A stretch of DNA of 63,436 nt, counting the filler, from Choristocarpus tenellus KU-1152 (taxonomy: Eukaryota > Protista > Phaeophyceae): assembly GCA_964200185.2 (NCBI GenBank). It is 10 parts of 10 records of this genome, joined end to end, with 100 filler letters (N's around TTAATTAATTAA, not from the genome) between each part and the next. Parts side by side here need not be neighbours in the genome. Positions count along the whole stretch, not along the records: positions 34,853 to 49,221 come from CAXNAD020001213.1; 9 more parts are not named here. One strand, written 5' to 3'. A program made the position numbers and the translations under genes. Shown here in pieces: positions 37,528 to 49,321 of this stretch (position 1 is its first letter; the number at the start of each line of letters is the position of its first letter). The notes beneath the pieces were generated by a model that saw only the letters and a list, made by a program, of their open reading frames with translations, searched no databases and was not told where the DNA came from.

Positions 37528-38021
37528 TTGATCATCTAAGTATTTTCCAAGAGCTTAATTTGATACTGTTTTCATGCAACAATACTTTATGGCTCCCTTA
37601 CTCAGGAACCAGATGTAGTATTCGACACCTAGAGATGATCCCATGCTGCTCGTGCAGTTAAGGGAGGGCCAACTGAAAAAATACAAATATGTAGTGATTC
37701 TTTTCATCTAATCAGAGCCAAGTTTAATCCAGGATATTTGTCACCCTATTTCATCGTACAGTGGGTGGACCCGTAGAGAACATGCCTAAATGAGGCATGC
37801 CAGTCAGTGAGGTATGCCGTTTTGGCTTATCACAATTGACATTCTTGATTTCGTGCCGTAAGACATGTTTTTGGTAATATTATGCAAACATGCCTTTAAA
37901 TGGACAGACATGCCACGGCAACAGTTTGAACCCGGGTTTGTTGTCGCAGAAAGTCGTTTGGTTGACAGGGACTTGGCAAGGACATGCAGGAACTGTATTG
38001 TCCCTTTTTGTTTTGTTCAAC

Positions 38022-38277
38022 GAGTGAAAGTATCTTAGAGGGTACGAGTTTTGCCCTGTTTGTCCATTTGGCGCTTGGATTCCCATTTTCTTTATGACAT
38101 TTTCCTACATTAAAATGTTGAGGAGTAGGTATAATTGTATATGTTATGAAGAGGTGTGTCCAGAACAAGGATATTGACACTTCCTAACAAACAAGATGGC
38201 CAAAATTACATTAAAATCGTAACATTGGATTCGGCCCCCAAATGGACGCGACCCTACCCTCTGAGATACTTTGACTC
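38022..38277 (-). mobile_element. MITE family A full copy, 4-bp TSD (CAAC)
   Basis: CAAC|GAGTGAAAGTATCTTAGAGGGTA ... TACCCTCTGAGATACTTTGACTC|CAAC. Confidence 0.92.
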
Positions 38278-40946
38278 CAACCCTGTAGTTGAACTCTACT
38301 TAACATTGCGATTATTGAAAGGTTCTGCTCAGCCTGTTTTCCACTATGAACCCAATTATTACCACCTTACATACTAATTCCTGTCGTGGAACAAGTTATT
38401 AATACTAAGTATCCATAATATGTCACCCAGAAGATTCTTGGTGAGCAACTTACCGTATGGCAGGACTACTTGCTCTGAATGACACAATCTATGGAAATTG
38501 TGATTTTCCAAACTACCCAGAAAACAAACTGTGCTCAGGAGTACTGTACTACACAGACATTTTGTGCTCCAGACCACTCTAGAACATGTGTTTTGCGAAG
38601 CATACACACTTATGCAGAGTAAAACCGTGTAAGAGGGGAGTCAATTTAGCCATTTTGAGTTTTAAGTTGTTTTTTATATTGTGCAATATACACCATACCC
38701 ATGCCTGAAAGGCAGTTAACCCCCCTTCGGACAGTGTGGCAGAGAAGATTACCTGTGAACACATGTGTTCGCCAAAAGCGCCTCCACATTGGGTGAGAGG
38801 AACCTTCCTTGCACAAGGACAAGGAGTCGTTACTGTTAGTATGGTAATGTGTAGGTTGTGCAGTCTGTGTGGTCCATACTGAGTGTTTTAATACTATTTA
38901 TATCGTTGATCATTTGTCCGACTTCGACTTATTTCTGGAGATAGGTGATAATATTTTACATACATCAGGAGTATCTCATAATAAGAAAAACGTGTATACG
39001 TTCAACTCTAATCAGTGTGAAGTCATTTCGAGATAGACATAGGAGTATAGGCAAGGGCATACCATTTTCTTGCTCATCACGACTAATTCTTGGTTATGGG
39101 ATATGGAATCGACAATCATTGCATATGGTAGAGTGTTACTAAAACAGTAATTTCTATGTTTTTATAGTCTTATTTTTGACAACTATATTGTATAGAGGGA
39201 AACCACTAAAATACTAGAGTAAATTCAATAGGTACTACCTCTCATCATAATATATCTACTAACATTATTTTATGTGTGACGGGCAGGTCCCTTTGGGAGC
39301 TGATCTCAGTCCAGATACACATCCAACAGCCGATTTCAAAAATTGAGGATGGAGCTTTTCATTGAGGATGGGCTTGACCCAAAATTGACTGGGATAAAGT
39401 GTCGATATGTTTTTTTTTAGCGCGCACACACAAGTGCATTGCGCGCACATTTCTTTGTCATTGGTGACGTTCCCATCAACATCAAACACAGAGAACTCTT
39501 GAGAATTCTCAGACCTCTTACCGTTGACGATCACAAAGATGTGACGTCATCTGGTGTATCTGGGATTCTCTTCAAACTTCTCCTAAGAAATGATGGCTGA
39601 GAGAGCTTTGGGTTTGCTGGAAGCACCCCACCATGACACAACTGGTGATTCTGAACACCCCCCACTACTGATTGGACCCTGCCTCACGATAGTGGTATTC
39701 ACGTCGACAGTCTAAAGGGGATTTCACCAAGTTAGAAGTCCATATCATGGCAACATCAAACAAACATGTGGCCGAAGATAAGGACGAGTTTGAGGATGCA
39801 CAGGCAATACTCAACCTTCTCTAGATAAGATCTCGTCACCTCCACCAAACCCACCTGGCACATCCGCAATAACTGTTTGGACCCTGCCTCACGACAAATG
39901 CAACATTTGAGTAATTAATTGCTGCACTCTCAATTAAAATACGAACATGCACGAACTATTTAATTGTACTGGCTTGGTTCGTTACTCTTCGCTTTTTCCC
40001 TTTTCGCCTTTTCGCTTCTTCCTGGTTGGGTTCAGCAATTCCACTCATTGTCACTCCACCTCACCCCTCAAATCTAATCCTGAAATTGTCCGGCAATTTT
40101 TTTTTTGACAGCTTGTTATAGTTCAGTATTTTATGGTCGTATTGAAATTGATAGGGTAGTAGTAATAATGCAGACGTACATTGCGGGGGTACTTGCCATG
40201 TGGATTTGAACATCAAAACAAAAAACAGATTTCCTTCCATACACACGGAACCCTGGCTTTAATGAGGTTCGACACCTGCGAAATCCATGCAAGGAATAGG
40301 AGAGTTTCTATCCCCCGAATGGCGATGACCATTTTGAACTATTAACTCGAGCGGTTTCACACGTTAATAGTAGTGTCACAATAATCCTATCATCTTTCCT
40401 TAATCACATGAACTTCAACCATTATATACAACATCATATGGTTTGGTTCCCTCGCGGACTTCAACTCGCGCGACAACTTCGTAACTCCAGAGAACTGCAT
40501 GATATCTTCATCCTGATCTTCACCCTTGTGCGACAAACCCAACACTGGACTTGTAACAAAACTAGGAACTTGGTCGAGTGACCATGGTATGAAGGGTATT
40601 TCTACCTTTTTCCACTGTTCTGTCCAATAACTCCAGTTGAATACGACCCTGGCTAGTCCACTTGGTGGTCCCATTTAGCTGTGTCGGCATTTTCTCAAGC
40701 TAGGTAACCATCGCGTCTTTGTCTTTTTTGGATTCGTTCCCATGCTCGACGGATCGACCACCTCGGACATTATTCCCTTGCTTCCTTTGAGCACATAGTC
40801 GTTCACATTAACACATACGTAACTACAGCATGTGTACTCCTGCCATCATGAAAAGGACATGTTCCATTGACCTCTGCCCATATTCGCCGTGGCATATTTG
40901 TACCTAATTTCTCCGCACTTTTACAGATTTTACGCGCTCAGCTCGT

Positions 40947-43652
40947 ATGTCATGTTCATCGTCCAGTGATGGACCACAACTGACGACATCAGATCTTGGA
41001 ACTAATTCATCACCGACAGTCGAGGCTCCGACTCCGACTTTGGCTTCAAATCTTGTTCACGCTAACGCCAGAGATTTCAACTTCTCAGAAGCAGCTCCGC
41101 CTTGTCCCCTCAGTCAAGCCCCTAGTATCGTGGATACGACTGTAACAGGTCTTGGAGCTAATGTGGCGCCTGTTGATCCAACACCTGGCCAAGGCCTTGC
41201 CTCATTCCCTCCCTCTACCCAGCCTGCAGTTTCGGCTGCTCCGATCTCTGGCTTTGGGGCGTCGTCATCCCTTGGGCCCAGGGGTGATAGCCATGTTCTT
41301 ACCTTCGGATCTATTCCACCCCCAACGCTGTCTCTAGTCCAATCTCGGACTATATTGCCTGATAGAGCCTCTACTTCCTTAGGATCATTCAGTATTGGGA
41401 CCAAGCCAGGATCAGCTAGGGTAGCTACCCCTGCCCCTGCCCCTGCCCCAGTTCGTGCTCGCGACCGTGTCATTATCCGGGCTATAAGGCCAAATGCTGA
41501 CAATGGTCGTCCAGGTACCCCTAACAGCGCCAGCATCTTCAATGCCCTTGATGGGACCTCTAGGTTGAACCTAGCTCCATCGGCCGTTAGGCGCACCACC
41601 CCGGATTCGGGTAGCAACAGCTCCAGGTTTGGATCTCCAAATGGTGGAAGTAGAAGCTCTAGATTTGGGTCTCACTTGCCTCAAGCCCATCTGACATGCG
41701 GAATAGGGCCCGATGGGTTCCATTTTGGAACTGAATCTAACCCAGGACCTAGATTTGGCTCTCATCTGCCTCAAGCCCATCTGACATGCGGAATAGGCCC
41801 CAATGGGTTCTACCTTGGAACTGACTCCAACCCAGGACCTAGATTTGGCTTTTACTTGCCTCAAGCCCATCTGACATCCAGAATAGGGCCCGATGGGTTC
41901 CACCTTGGAACTGACTCTAACTCAGGACCTAGATTTGGCTCTTACCTGCCTCAAGCCCATCTGACATGCGGAATAGGGTCTGATGGGTTCCACCTTGGAA
42001 CTGGCTCTAACCCAGGTCCAGCACCTGCTGTGACATCAAATTTGCCTGTGGAACGGTTTCGAGCTTTCAGTTTTGCGGCACCAGTAGGTCATGCTTCAAC
42101 GCTTGCACCTACACTGGGTCAAACATATGGCGCTTTGGATGAAGGCACACGCAGCATTGGAGCTAATCATGCCTTTGCTGCCCCTGTTGCTGCACAGACC
42201 CCTCCTGTGGCTCCAGTCTTGACTACTGCATTGCCTATTTCAAAAACTGGTGATGAAGGTATCGGCTTTAGTACTAGGAACCCCACCCTTTCCCAAGCAT
42301 CTCCCAAAGATGGCTGCAGCAGGATTTCCTCGTCACATCTTACATCTGGTGGGGATGGCACTAGTGACTCCTCTTCGGCATTTGCCAGTGATGCCTCCAC
42401 TGCGCAGTCAGCAAGTTTTCACCATTGTGGTTGGAGGTATGAAGGCTTTAAAACTCCAAAACAATATTCTGCCTCACCCTTGGCTACAGCCCAATGTTGT
42501 GATAGGACAGGTGATTCTAGTTCCAGTAGAGGCATTTTCCGATCCTGTCCTCCAGTGCCCCACACCTTGCACACAGGGCCTGCTGTCCAAAGCACTGGTG
42601 CAGGTGCTACCAGTAGTTTCAGGTCACTTGACTCTGTTTTTTCAAATTGCTCTGTAACATCTGATGGAGAGGTTAATGCGAAGACAGTCCCTGCCCCTGC
42701 CCCTGTCTCTGCTCAGTCTCCACCGGGTAGTGCTGGCGATGAGGGCTCACATGTTGGAGGGTCTGGCACATTTGATGTTGATGAAGGGGTTGTCAATAGT
42801 GGAACATTAGGACCTGCACCTGATATAGCATCAACAACTTCAGCAATACCTACACCTTTTGATGGCACCAAGTGTGGACCCTTTAATTTTGCATCAACCC
42901 TTTTTGCACCACCATTTGGAGTCCTTGGTCAAGCAAAGGTTGCTGCTGTGGGTGGCTGTAGGCCCATCTTTGGAGCTGCTCCAGCTTCTGCTACCCCACC
43001 ACCTGATTTGGCACCTGGACAAGACCTTGCACAGTCTGCATCACCAACCAGTTTCTTGGAGAATTCGTGTCTGAATACTAGCAATCCCAAAAACAATTTG
43101 GCAAGGAGGAGCGGCTCCAAGGAGATCGGTAGACGCTTCAAGGATAAAGAATTCTCATCCAGTGGGTTCAGGTACAACTCGTCCAAAAACATCGTTTGGG
43201 TTCCAATCCGAGACATTACCTTCCTACCATCTTCTAATATTACTGCTGGTCACTGCAGCTTTTGGGCCATGAGAGAAGACCCCTCCATATCAATCAGTAG
43301 ATCGGGCTATGCATTGAACTGGCTACCAAGGCCGTGGATCGCACACCGCGATTGTCATTTCAATGCCACTGCCCCATTCCAGATCCAGGCGCAACAACGT
43401 GAACTTCCCAGCTTTGGACCTAGCTTTGGTTCCAGCATTGGCTCCAACACTGTTCCAAGTTTTAGTGCCTGGGCCTCCGAAGTGTCTCAGGGAGAAATTT
43501 ATACTATGTTACCTCAGGGGGAATGGGGGGACTGTGGCAAGGAGTCTGTTCTGACTGTGTTTTGGAGAAAGGTGAATGGAAGAGCGGCGGCATGGTGGCC
43601 ACCACGGCGGTTAGGTTTGCCTGGAGTCGTAGCACGGCAGGTGAGACTGTGA
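40947..43652 (+). CDS. Long S/P/A/G-rich, FG-containing disordered protein (FG-nucleoporin-like composition), possibly one giant exon
   Basis: 2.7-kb stop-free frame with many FG/FxF motifs (SGFGASS, RFGS repeated, FSFAAP, FNFAST, PIFGAAP, PSFGPSFG). An acceptor-like TTTTACAG lies just upstream and CAG|GTGAG lies near the end. The function call is inference. Confidence 0.7.
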   Translation: MSCSSSSDGPQLTTSDLGTNSSPTVEAPTPTLASNLVHANARDFNFSEAAPPCPLSQAPSIVDTTVTGLGANVAPVDPTPGQGLASFPPSTQPAVSAAPISGFGASSSLGPRGDSHVLTFGSIPPPTLSLVQSRTILPDRASTSLGSFSIGTKPGSARVATPAPAPAPVRARDRVIIRAIRPNADNGRPGTPNSASIFNALDGTSRLNLAPSAVRRTTPDSGSNSSRFGSPNGGSRSSRFGSHLPQAHLTCGIGPDGFHFGTESNPGPRFGSHLPQAHLTCGIGPNGFYLGTDSNPGPRFGFYLPQAHLTSRIGPDGFHLGTDSNSGPRFGSYLPQAHLTCGIGSDGFHLGTGSNPGPAPAVTSNLPVERFRAFSFAAPVGHASTLAPTLGQTYGALDEGTRSIGANHAFAAPVAAQTPPVAPVLTTALPISKTGDEGIGFSTRNPTLSQASPKDGCSRISSSHLTSGGDGTSDSSSAFASDASTAQSASFHHCGWRYEGFKTPKQYSASPLATAQCCDRTGDSSSSRGIFRSCPPVPHTLHTGPAVQSTGAGATSSFRSLDSVFSNCSVTSDGEVNAKTVPAPAPVSAQSPPGSAGDEGSHVGGSGTFDVDEGVVNSGTLGPAPDIASTTSAIPTPFDGTKCGPFNFASTLFAPPFGVLGQAKVAAVGGCRPIFGAAPASATPPPDLAPGQDLAQSASPTSFLENSCLNTSNPKNNLARRSGSKEIGRRFKDKEFSSSGFRYNSSKNIVWVPIRDITFLPSSNITAGHCSFWAMREDPSISISRSGYALNWLPRPWIAHRDCHFNATAPFQIQAQQRELPSFGPSFGSSIGSNTVPSFSAWASEVSQGEIYTMLPQGEWGDCGKESVLTVFWRKVNGRAAAWWPPRRLGLPGVVARQVRL
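41659..42018 (+). repeat. Coding tandem repeat, 4 x 90 bp (30 aa)
   Basis: Units start at 41659, 41749, 41839 and 41929; consensus RFGS(H/Y)LPQAHLTCGIGPDGFH(L/F)GTDSNPGP. Confidence 0.95.
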
Positions 43653-44330
43653 AAATCACAATGAGTATTGGCAGTAGAGCTCCTCCTGTAGTAAAGTAAG
43701 TTTTAAAAAGAATAATACTCGATACTACATAGTAGAGACATGGGTAAACAAAAATTATGGTGATTTTTTGACGATTGATGAAGGACTGGCGTACTATCCA
43801 GTTCTAAGTGTATGGGTTAGTTGCATCATGCTCGTCCAATATTTAGATACCGTCAGATATGAAACGGTTGAGTTTTGCATGCATTGTTTGTTTGTTGTTT
43901 TAATGTTGATATATATATATATATTTGCAACTGTTGATGGATAGGAAGACTTTAATCCAAGACATGTTAGTGCTTTTTACGACTACTATCTCCAATATAT
44001 ACTCGTGAACGAGTAGTGGTGATGCCGCCTGTCTGTATGCCTTCCTGCCTAGCCTTGCAAGGGAGGGAGCGAAGTGCTTGGATAAAGAACAAGTGTGATC
44101 TTTGTCACTGCACCTTCAAAAAATTTGATGACAATTTGACTGCGAAAATATCAGATCTATCATCGGTAAAAGTAAGCATTTGTTGTCAGACTCTACTATG
44201 ATTGCAAGACAGACTCAGAAGTCACGAGCTCCTGAAAAAACATTTCCATGTGCTTCATCTATGTGACTGGATCTATTGGAATTGTGTAGTTCAATATGTG
44301 CAGTATAGTGAACCACGAGACATCAATCAG

Positions 44331-44640
44331 TTTTGACTTCAATAAATTGAGAACGAGTGATAGCCAAACTGAAAAGATTTTGATTATTATTTATTTTTCA
44401 TTTAAAGAACAAAAAGGATGTTTAAATGAAAAAAGAAAAGATTTTGCCCTTGTTTTTTATTTGACAAAAAAAATCGCGAGAGTTAAATCGCTTTTGAGTT
44501 CAATAAATTGAGAACAGGCGATAGCCAAACTGAAAAGATTTTGATTATTATTTATTTTTCATTTAAAGAACAAAAAATAATACGTAAAAATTTTAAATTA
44601 TGTGATTTTGCTCTTGTTTTTTATTTGACAAAAAAATCAC
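44331..44640. repeat. AT-rich tandem duplication, period about 161 bp
   Basis: CAATAAATTGAGAAC..GATAGCCAAACTGAAAAGATTTTGATTATTATTTATTTTTCATTTAAAGAACAAAAA..GATTTTGC..TTGTTTTTTATTTGACAAAAAAA occurs twice. Confidence 0.9.
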
Positions 44641-45507
44641 AATACAAGTAGAACTGTGACTGAACATATCGGAGGTCAGAGGAACCACGCAGCCTACTGC
44701 AACATCATCGCAAGGTGTCACTACCCACAAGTCACAACAGATTCATGGGTTTGGATCTCTCTGAGACCTGTGGAGGCTGGGGAGTTTTAGAGCCTTGTGG
44801 GCACCATGCACCACTTAGCGACCAACCTGCACAAATTTCGCGTATGTGCCCACGGTTCATTCAAGTTTATAAAAATTGCTGAGCGTTTTTCTCGTTCCAC
44901 AACACTACTAACATTTATATATATACAGTTCTAGTTATCAGTGAGAAAAATTCTCGCCCCTCATGTTGACAAGCGGTGAGGGTGTGATGTTGAGAATGTG
45001 GTGAGCCATGTGCTTGCTGTGTTGTTCATTCTCAGACCATGGATAAAGAGCTTCAGACCAGCAAAGACTGATCAGATCTACTTTCAGTTGTGAAAAATAA
45101 GGAATTAATGATCAAGTGTTCAGACACAAGTATGCAGGCCTTTTCATAGTCTCAACGTGTGTGTGTGTGTGTGTGTGTTTTGTTTTTTTTAAAATGGTGA
45201 ATTAGAGTGGACGAATGGATTTGCTTGAGTCTCTCGGGGATGAAGACCTGTAGTGCAGACTATCGGACCTTTGCCCTGAACCCATACTCCATGTCATCAC
45301 TAACGCTAAAAATATGTCAGAAACAGTGGAATGTGCCCGATTCATGCCTCCTTGTTTCCCCAGCAGACATGTAACTTGCACAAACGTAATTTTTTTGAAG
45401 GTTCTATGCTTATATGAGTGTGTCGTCTGGGGCCTAACACAAAGGTGCAGGTACAAGCACAAGAGATTAAGTTGGAGCAACTCAGGGTTAGGACAAGGCT
45501 ACACATA

Positions 45508-45766
45508 GAGTGAAAGTATCTTAGAGAGTACGAGTTTTGCCCTGTTTGATCATTTGGGGCTTGGCTTCCCATAGTTTTTTTAATGACATTTTCCTATTCC
45601 AAAATGTTTCTGAGCAGATAAAACGTATACGTTATGAAAAGGTGTGCCCGGAACAAGGATATTGACACTTCCTAACAAACACGATAGCCAAAATTACATC
45701 AAAATCATAACATTGGATCTTGGCCCCCAAATGGACCCGGCCCTACCCTTTAAGGTACTTTGGCTC
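45508..45766 (-). mobile_element. MITE family A full copy, 3-bp TSD (ATA)
   Basis: ATA|GAGTGAAAGTATCTTAGAGAGTA ... TACCCTTTAAGGTACTTTGGCTC|ATA. Confidence 0.92.
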
Positions 45767-46651
45767 ATACTAAGAAATAAGGACTTTCTACAAGGTAATT
45801 CATGCATGTTTTTGGAAATATATGCCCGTAAGAAATGTGCCTTTTAATCTTTTAAGTGGGGTAGGTCTCTACCACGCTGAAAGAAGAAATATAATATATT
45901 CACTATATTATACTCATCAGTTGCGATTGTCACAAAGCTAGGGGGTGTGAGATGCATTACCTACAGTATAGTAAGCCTCTCATTCCCCTTCAAAAAATAA
46001 ACGTACCTGCAAGTGTACTGTGTCTGGACACAAATTGATTATTAACCTTCATACTCTGTACACACACATATAGATACATATAGATATATACCTACAGATA
46101 TTCTTGTGATTTGAAGCCTACGTTGATCAGATGACCTATTTTTCAACATGATAATCTAGTTGTTGAATTTTCACCAAAGATTATTCGATATGTAACTGGA
46201 CCATACTATTCTACATTGGGTTCAAGTCAAGTCCTTGAGTGCCACCTACTCCCAAAGCACTACCATTCACAATCTAAAATAGTGAAAACATTCTCTGAGT
46301 CTGAACTACCAGAAGTATACTCTGACCGTTTCATGCTCACTTGATTTCAAATGTAAAGATACTCCATAAGAAAAGAAATCCAATACTACTTAGTATATAT
46401 GTGCTGTACAAGCTAAGTACCTCGAATACTACAGACTGTGGGGTTTGGCGCCCCTTTCAAAAGTCGGACTGCATTCAAATGGCAAGACATCTAATGGTAC
46501 AATTTAGTCTGAAAGAGAGGTATTTATGTTTAATCCTGTCTGGGCAGTCAAGCCCAAATTCCCTTTGCCTTCCAGATCCAGTTCTGGTTGAGAACATGGA
46601 TGTGCAATGTGTGGAGTTGAACCCACAACAAAATATTGGCAGCCTGGTTCT

Positions 46652-46835
46652 GGCTCAAAGTATCTGGGGGGTGAGGGGGGGTCTACACCAGGCTGTCCAT
46701 TCGGGCCCTGGCCAGGAGAAGTGCACTAACAGTATCCATCTCTCACATGCAACCAAATCATCCAAAAATCGCGACATGGAAAAATGGGCTCCGAATGGAC
46801 TGTCACCCCCCCTCCCCCCTCAGATATTTTGAGTT
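46652..46835 (+). mobile_element. MITE family B full copy, 3-bp TSD (TCT)
   Basis: TCT|GGCTCAAAGTATCTGGGGGG ... CCCCCTCAGATATTTTGAGTT|TCT. Confidence 0.85.
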
Positions 46836-46919
46836 TCTTTTTGTACACTGGTTGAGCAAGATGATGAGATAGTCCCGGCACATATTGATGCATTCATGTT
46901 GTCTAAATTCTGCACATAC

Positions 46920-47509
46920 CGGTGCGATCAGCTTCCTTTCTGAAACTGGAAGTTTCTTTTCCAGTGGCATCTAAACTGGTATTTGCCCGTATGGCAATGC
47001 CTCCCTCCTGGCATATTTTCTTGAGCATGTACATCTGCTGAGTAGAATCAATGCTAATTATATTGTCTGATGGTGTATACACGTTCAGTGTACAATCCGG
47101 AGATCCAAAGGTGATGTCTAGCACGCCATGCGATTTTCGAAAGGGCACAAACGGAGATCCAAAGCATTTCAGAGGGTAGGAGCTTTACCCCTGCACGTCT
47201 GTCCGGGACTTGACCTCCCACGGTTTTTTATGGCACTTCTTTTCTTTTTTTTCGATTTTCTGTGAACACAGTTACCTACTCCGAAACGATTCAGAGTAGG
47301 TAAAATTTACGCGTCTATGAAAGGTGTGTCGGGAGTAAGGGTATGGATACTTGCTGACAAACATGATAGCCAAAATTACATCAAAATCGCAAAATTGGAT
47401 ATTTATGACCTCGAACAGATGCGGCCCTACCCCTCTTAAATGCTTTTGGATCGGGGCAAACCAGTTTGGAGTATTTACATGGATTGATTGACCTAATAAT
47501 CCTGGATAC
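46920..47509 (-). pseudogene. Exon-like segment split by a MITE insertion (weak CRAL-TRIO-like motif)
   Basis: CTAG| acceptor at 47509 and |GTATGT donor at 46920. Removing 47156-47452 plus 3 bp gives a stop-free 290-nt exon: YPGLLGQSIHVNTPNWFAPFVPFRKSHGVLDITF... Confidence 0.45.
47156..47452 (-). mobile_element. MITE family A' full copy
   Basis: GATCCAAAGCATTTCAGAGGGTAGG ... CCTACCCCTCTTAAATGCTTTTGGATC; flanks GGA/GGG. Confidence 0.9.
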
Positions 47510-47812
47510 CTAGTATGTTGATTATATTTTACAGTGGAGCACAATTCTATTCGCCAATAAATTCAGCACTACCACTACATGTGACAACCCTCTTACATTT
47601 TGTAAGACACTGAGGTAATCTATGCCTCTTACCTTTTTTATAAAGTAGCACAAAACTTTATTTGTGTCTTTTTTTTTAAAGATTTTCTCGATCGATTCTA
47701 TATATTAACCTTACCTTCGCAATCCATCAATGATTGAATTTTGCTCAAAAGTTAATACCTCCAATACATTCAACTCTCTAATTGCGACTTACATATTGTT
47801 CCAGGTAGGAAC

Positions 47813-48075
47813 GAGCCAAAAGTATCTTAGAGGGTAGATCGGTGTCCTTTTCGGGGTCAAAATCCAATGTTGCGATTTTGATGTAATTTTGGCTATAGTG
47901 TTTGTTAGCAAGTGTCAATATCCATTGTTCCAGACACACCTTTTCATAACATACACACTTTACCCTAACCCTAAACATTTTGGGGTAGAAAAACGTCATA
48001 AAAGAACCCATAGGAAGTCAAGCCCCAAATAGACAAGACAGGGCAAAACTCGTACCCCCTAAGATACTTGTACTC
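47813..48075 (+). mobile_element. MITE family A full copy, 3-bp TSD (AAC)
   Basis: AAC|GAGCCAAAAGTATCTTAGAGGGTA ... TACCCCCTAAGATACTTGTACTC|AAC. Confidence 0.92.
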
Positions 48076-49181
48076 AACACCTCCTTACTTCAGGGTTTTC
48101 CTATACAAAGCGTTTTGAAAAAAAACAAAAACAGTTTGAATGCAGTGTTTCGTAACACACTGACCAAACTACCATCGGTCCCATTCCTTTCATTTGATAA
48201 AATCTAAGGAAATTGAGTAGTTTTTGCCAAAATATGTAAACGGTTGTAGTTCTTTGGTAAAATCCTCCAAATACTGCCAATGTGGAGGCTATATTTTCTT
48301 TAGTTTCTACTCCAATTTTTTCAGTTCTTTTTATTTCATGTCTGTGATGGAAAAAAATAATAAAATAAAATAGAAAAGCTTTATGCACATAGCTGATTAT
48401 CGACAGCAGAGTTTGTTGCTAACTCACCAACTATCTTGCCACTTAGAGTTGGTTGTGTCCTTGGAAACTTGATTGCCTAGAATGTTGGAGTTAGCAAAAG
48501 AAACGAGCAATAAAGACGGTGTCTTTTAGTCTCACATCGCGGCTGATTGTGTTCACATGAGGAGGTGCTTTGAAGCACTGTGCACACCAAATGTTGTTAC
48601 TAGTACACATGACGTAATCAATTATGTACGTAACAAGATAATGTGTGTAAGACGGTAGATCAGTGATGGATCAGAACAACATTGGATATTAAGTAATGCT
48701 GAAGAAACACTTTAGGAACTGTTTCACCACTATTATAACTCAGAGTCATTATCCCCTTGCACCTTGCGTGCCTGCCCCCCAACCCTGTGTCCTCCTCTGT
48801 CCATTTCATTCTTCGTCCCCCCCTTTGGCTCACCTTTGCCACCCCAATTGACACTGATACATGTGCTCCTTCTGCCGACTCCTTTTGTCGTTCTTTCCTT
48901 GATCTCTGGGTTCTGGATCAAGCCTTTGGTGCGTGCCATTGAGTCCCTGGTGTTGGACCAGCAGACAACTTGTTACATGGAACCGAGAAGCTCGAGACAT
49001 ATTGGGGTGAAGCAGAGTATCAAGCCAGTTTGTGAGGAACGGCGACAGTGTGTGATCTGCTTGGTAAGTAGTGTTGGGGAAATGCTCTAAATTGCAAGGT
49101 TGGCTTTAGATAGAGGAGAGGGTGGGGCATGATTAGTAGTTCCATAGGAGTAGGGCTGCCTGAAGGGACGGTTTGTGTCGT

Positions 49182-49221
49182 GAGCTAAAGTATCTTAGAG
49201 GGTAGAGCCGCGTCCATTTGG
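49182..49221 (+). mobile_element. MITE family A 5' end at contig edge
   Basis: GAGCTAAAGTATCTTAGAGGGTAGAGCCGCGTCCATTTGG. Confidence 0.85.
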
Positions 49222-49321
49222 NNNNNNNNNNNNNNNNNNNNNNNNNNNNNNNNNNNNNNNNNNNNTTAATTAATTAANNNNNNNNNNNNNNNNNNNNNNN
49301 NNNNNNNNNNNNNNNNNNNNN
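49222..49321. other. Artificial contig spacer
   Basis: N44-TTAATTAATTAA-N44. Confidence 0.98.

Noticed and set aside
40250-40290. tRNA-like GGTTCGAC T-loop
   Set aside because: No cloverleaf or A-box could be built around it.
41659-42018. CRISPR-like array
   Set aside because: Head-to-tail 90-bp units with no unique spacers, in frame within an ORF, in a eukaryotic context.
45644-45847. Recurrent peptide TRILTLPNKHDSQNYIKI in many short ORFs (also at 10739, 38156, 47778 and the start of 25174-25809)
   Set aside because: Incidental translation of MITE family A; the frames are not conserved between copies.
47156-47452. MITEs acting as precise introner elements
   Set aside because: The element ends do not provide GT/GC..AG at the boundaries, and the internal splice combinations I tried gave stops or frameshifts. 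It needs RNA data to revisit.
48923-49062. Copia RNase H-like motif (RSSRHIGVK) or an isolated plus-strand exon
   Set aside because: Similarity is limited to a few residues and no other pol motifs are nearby.
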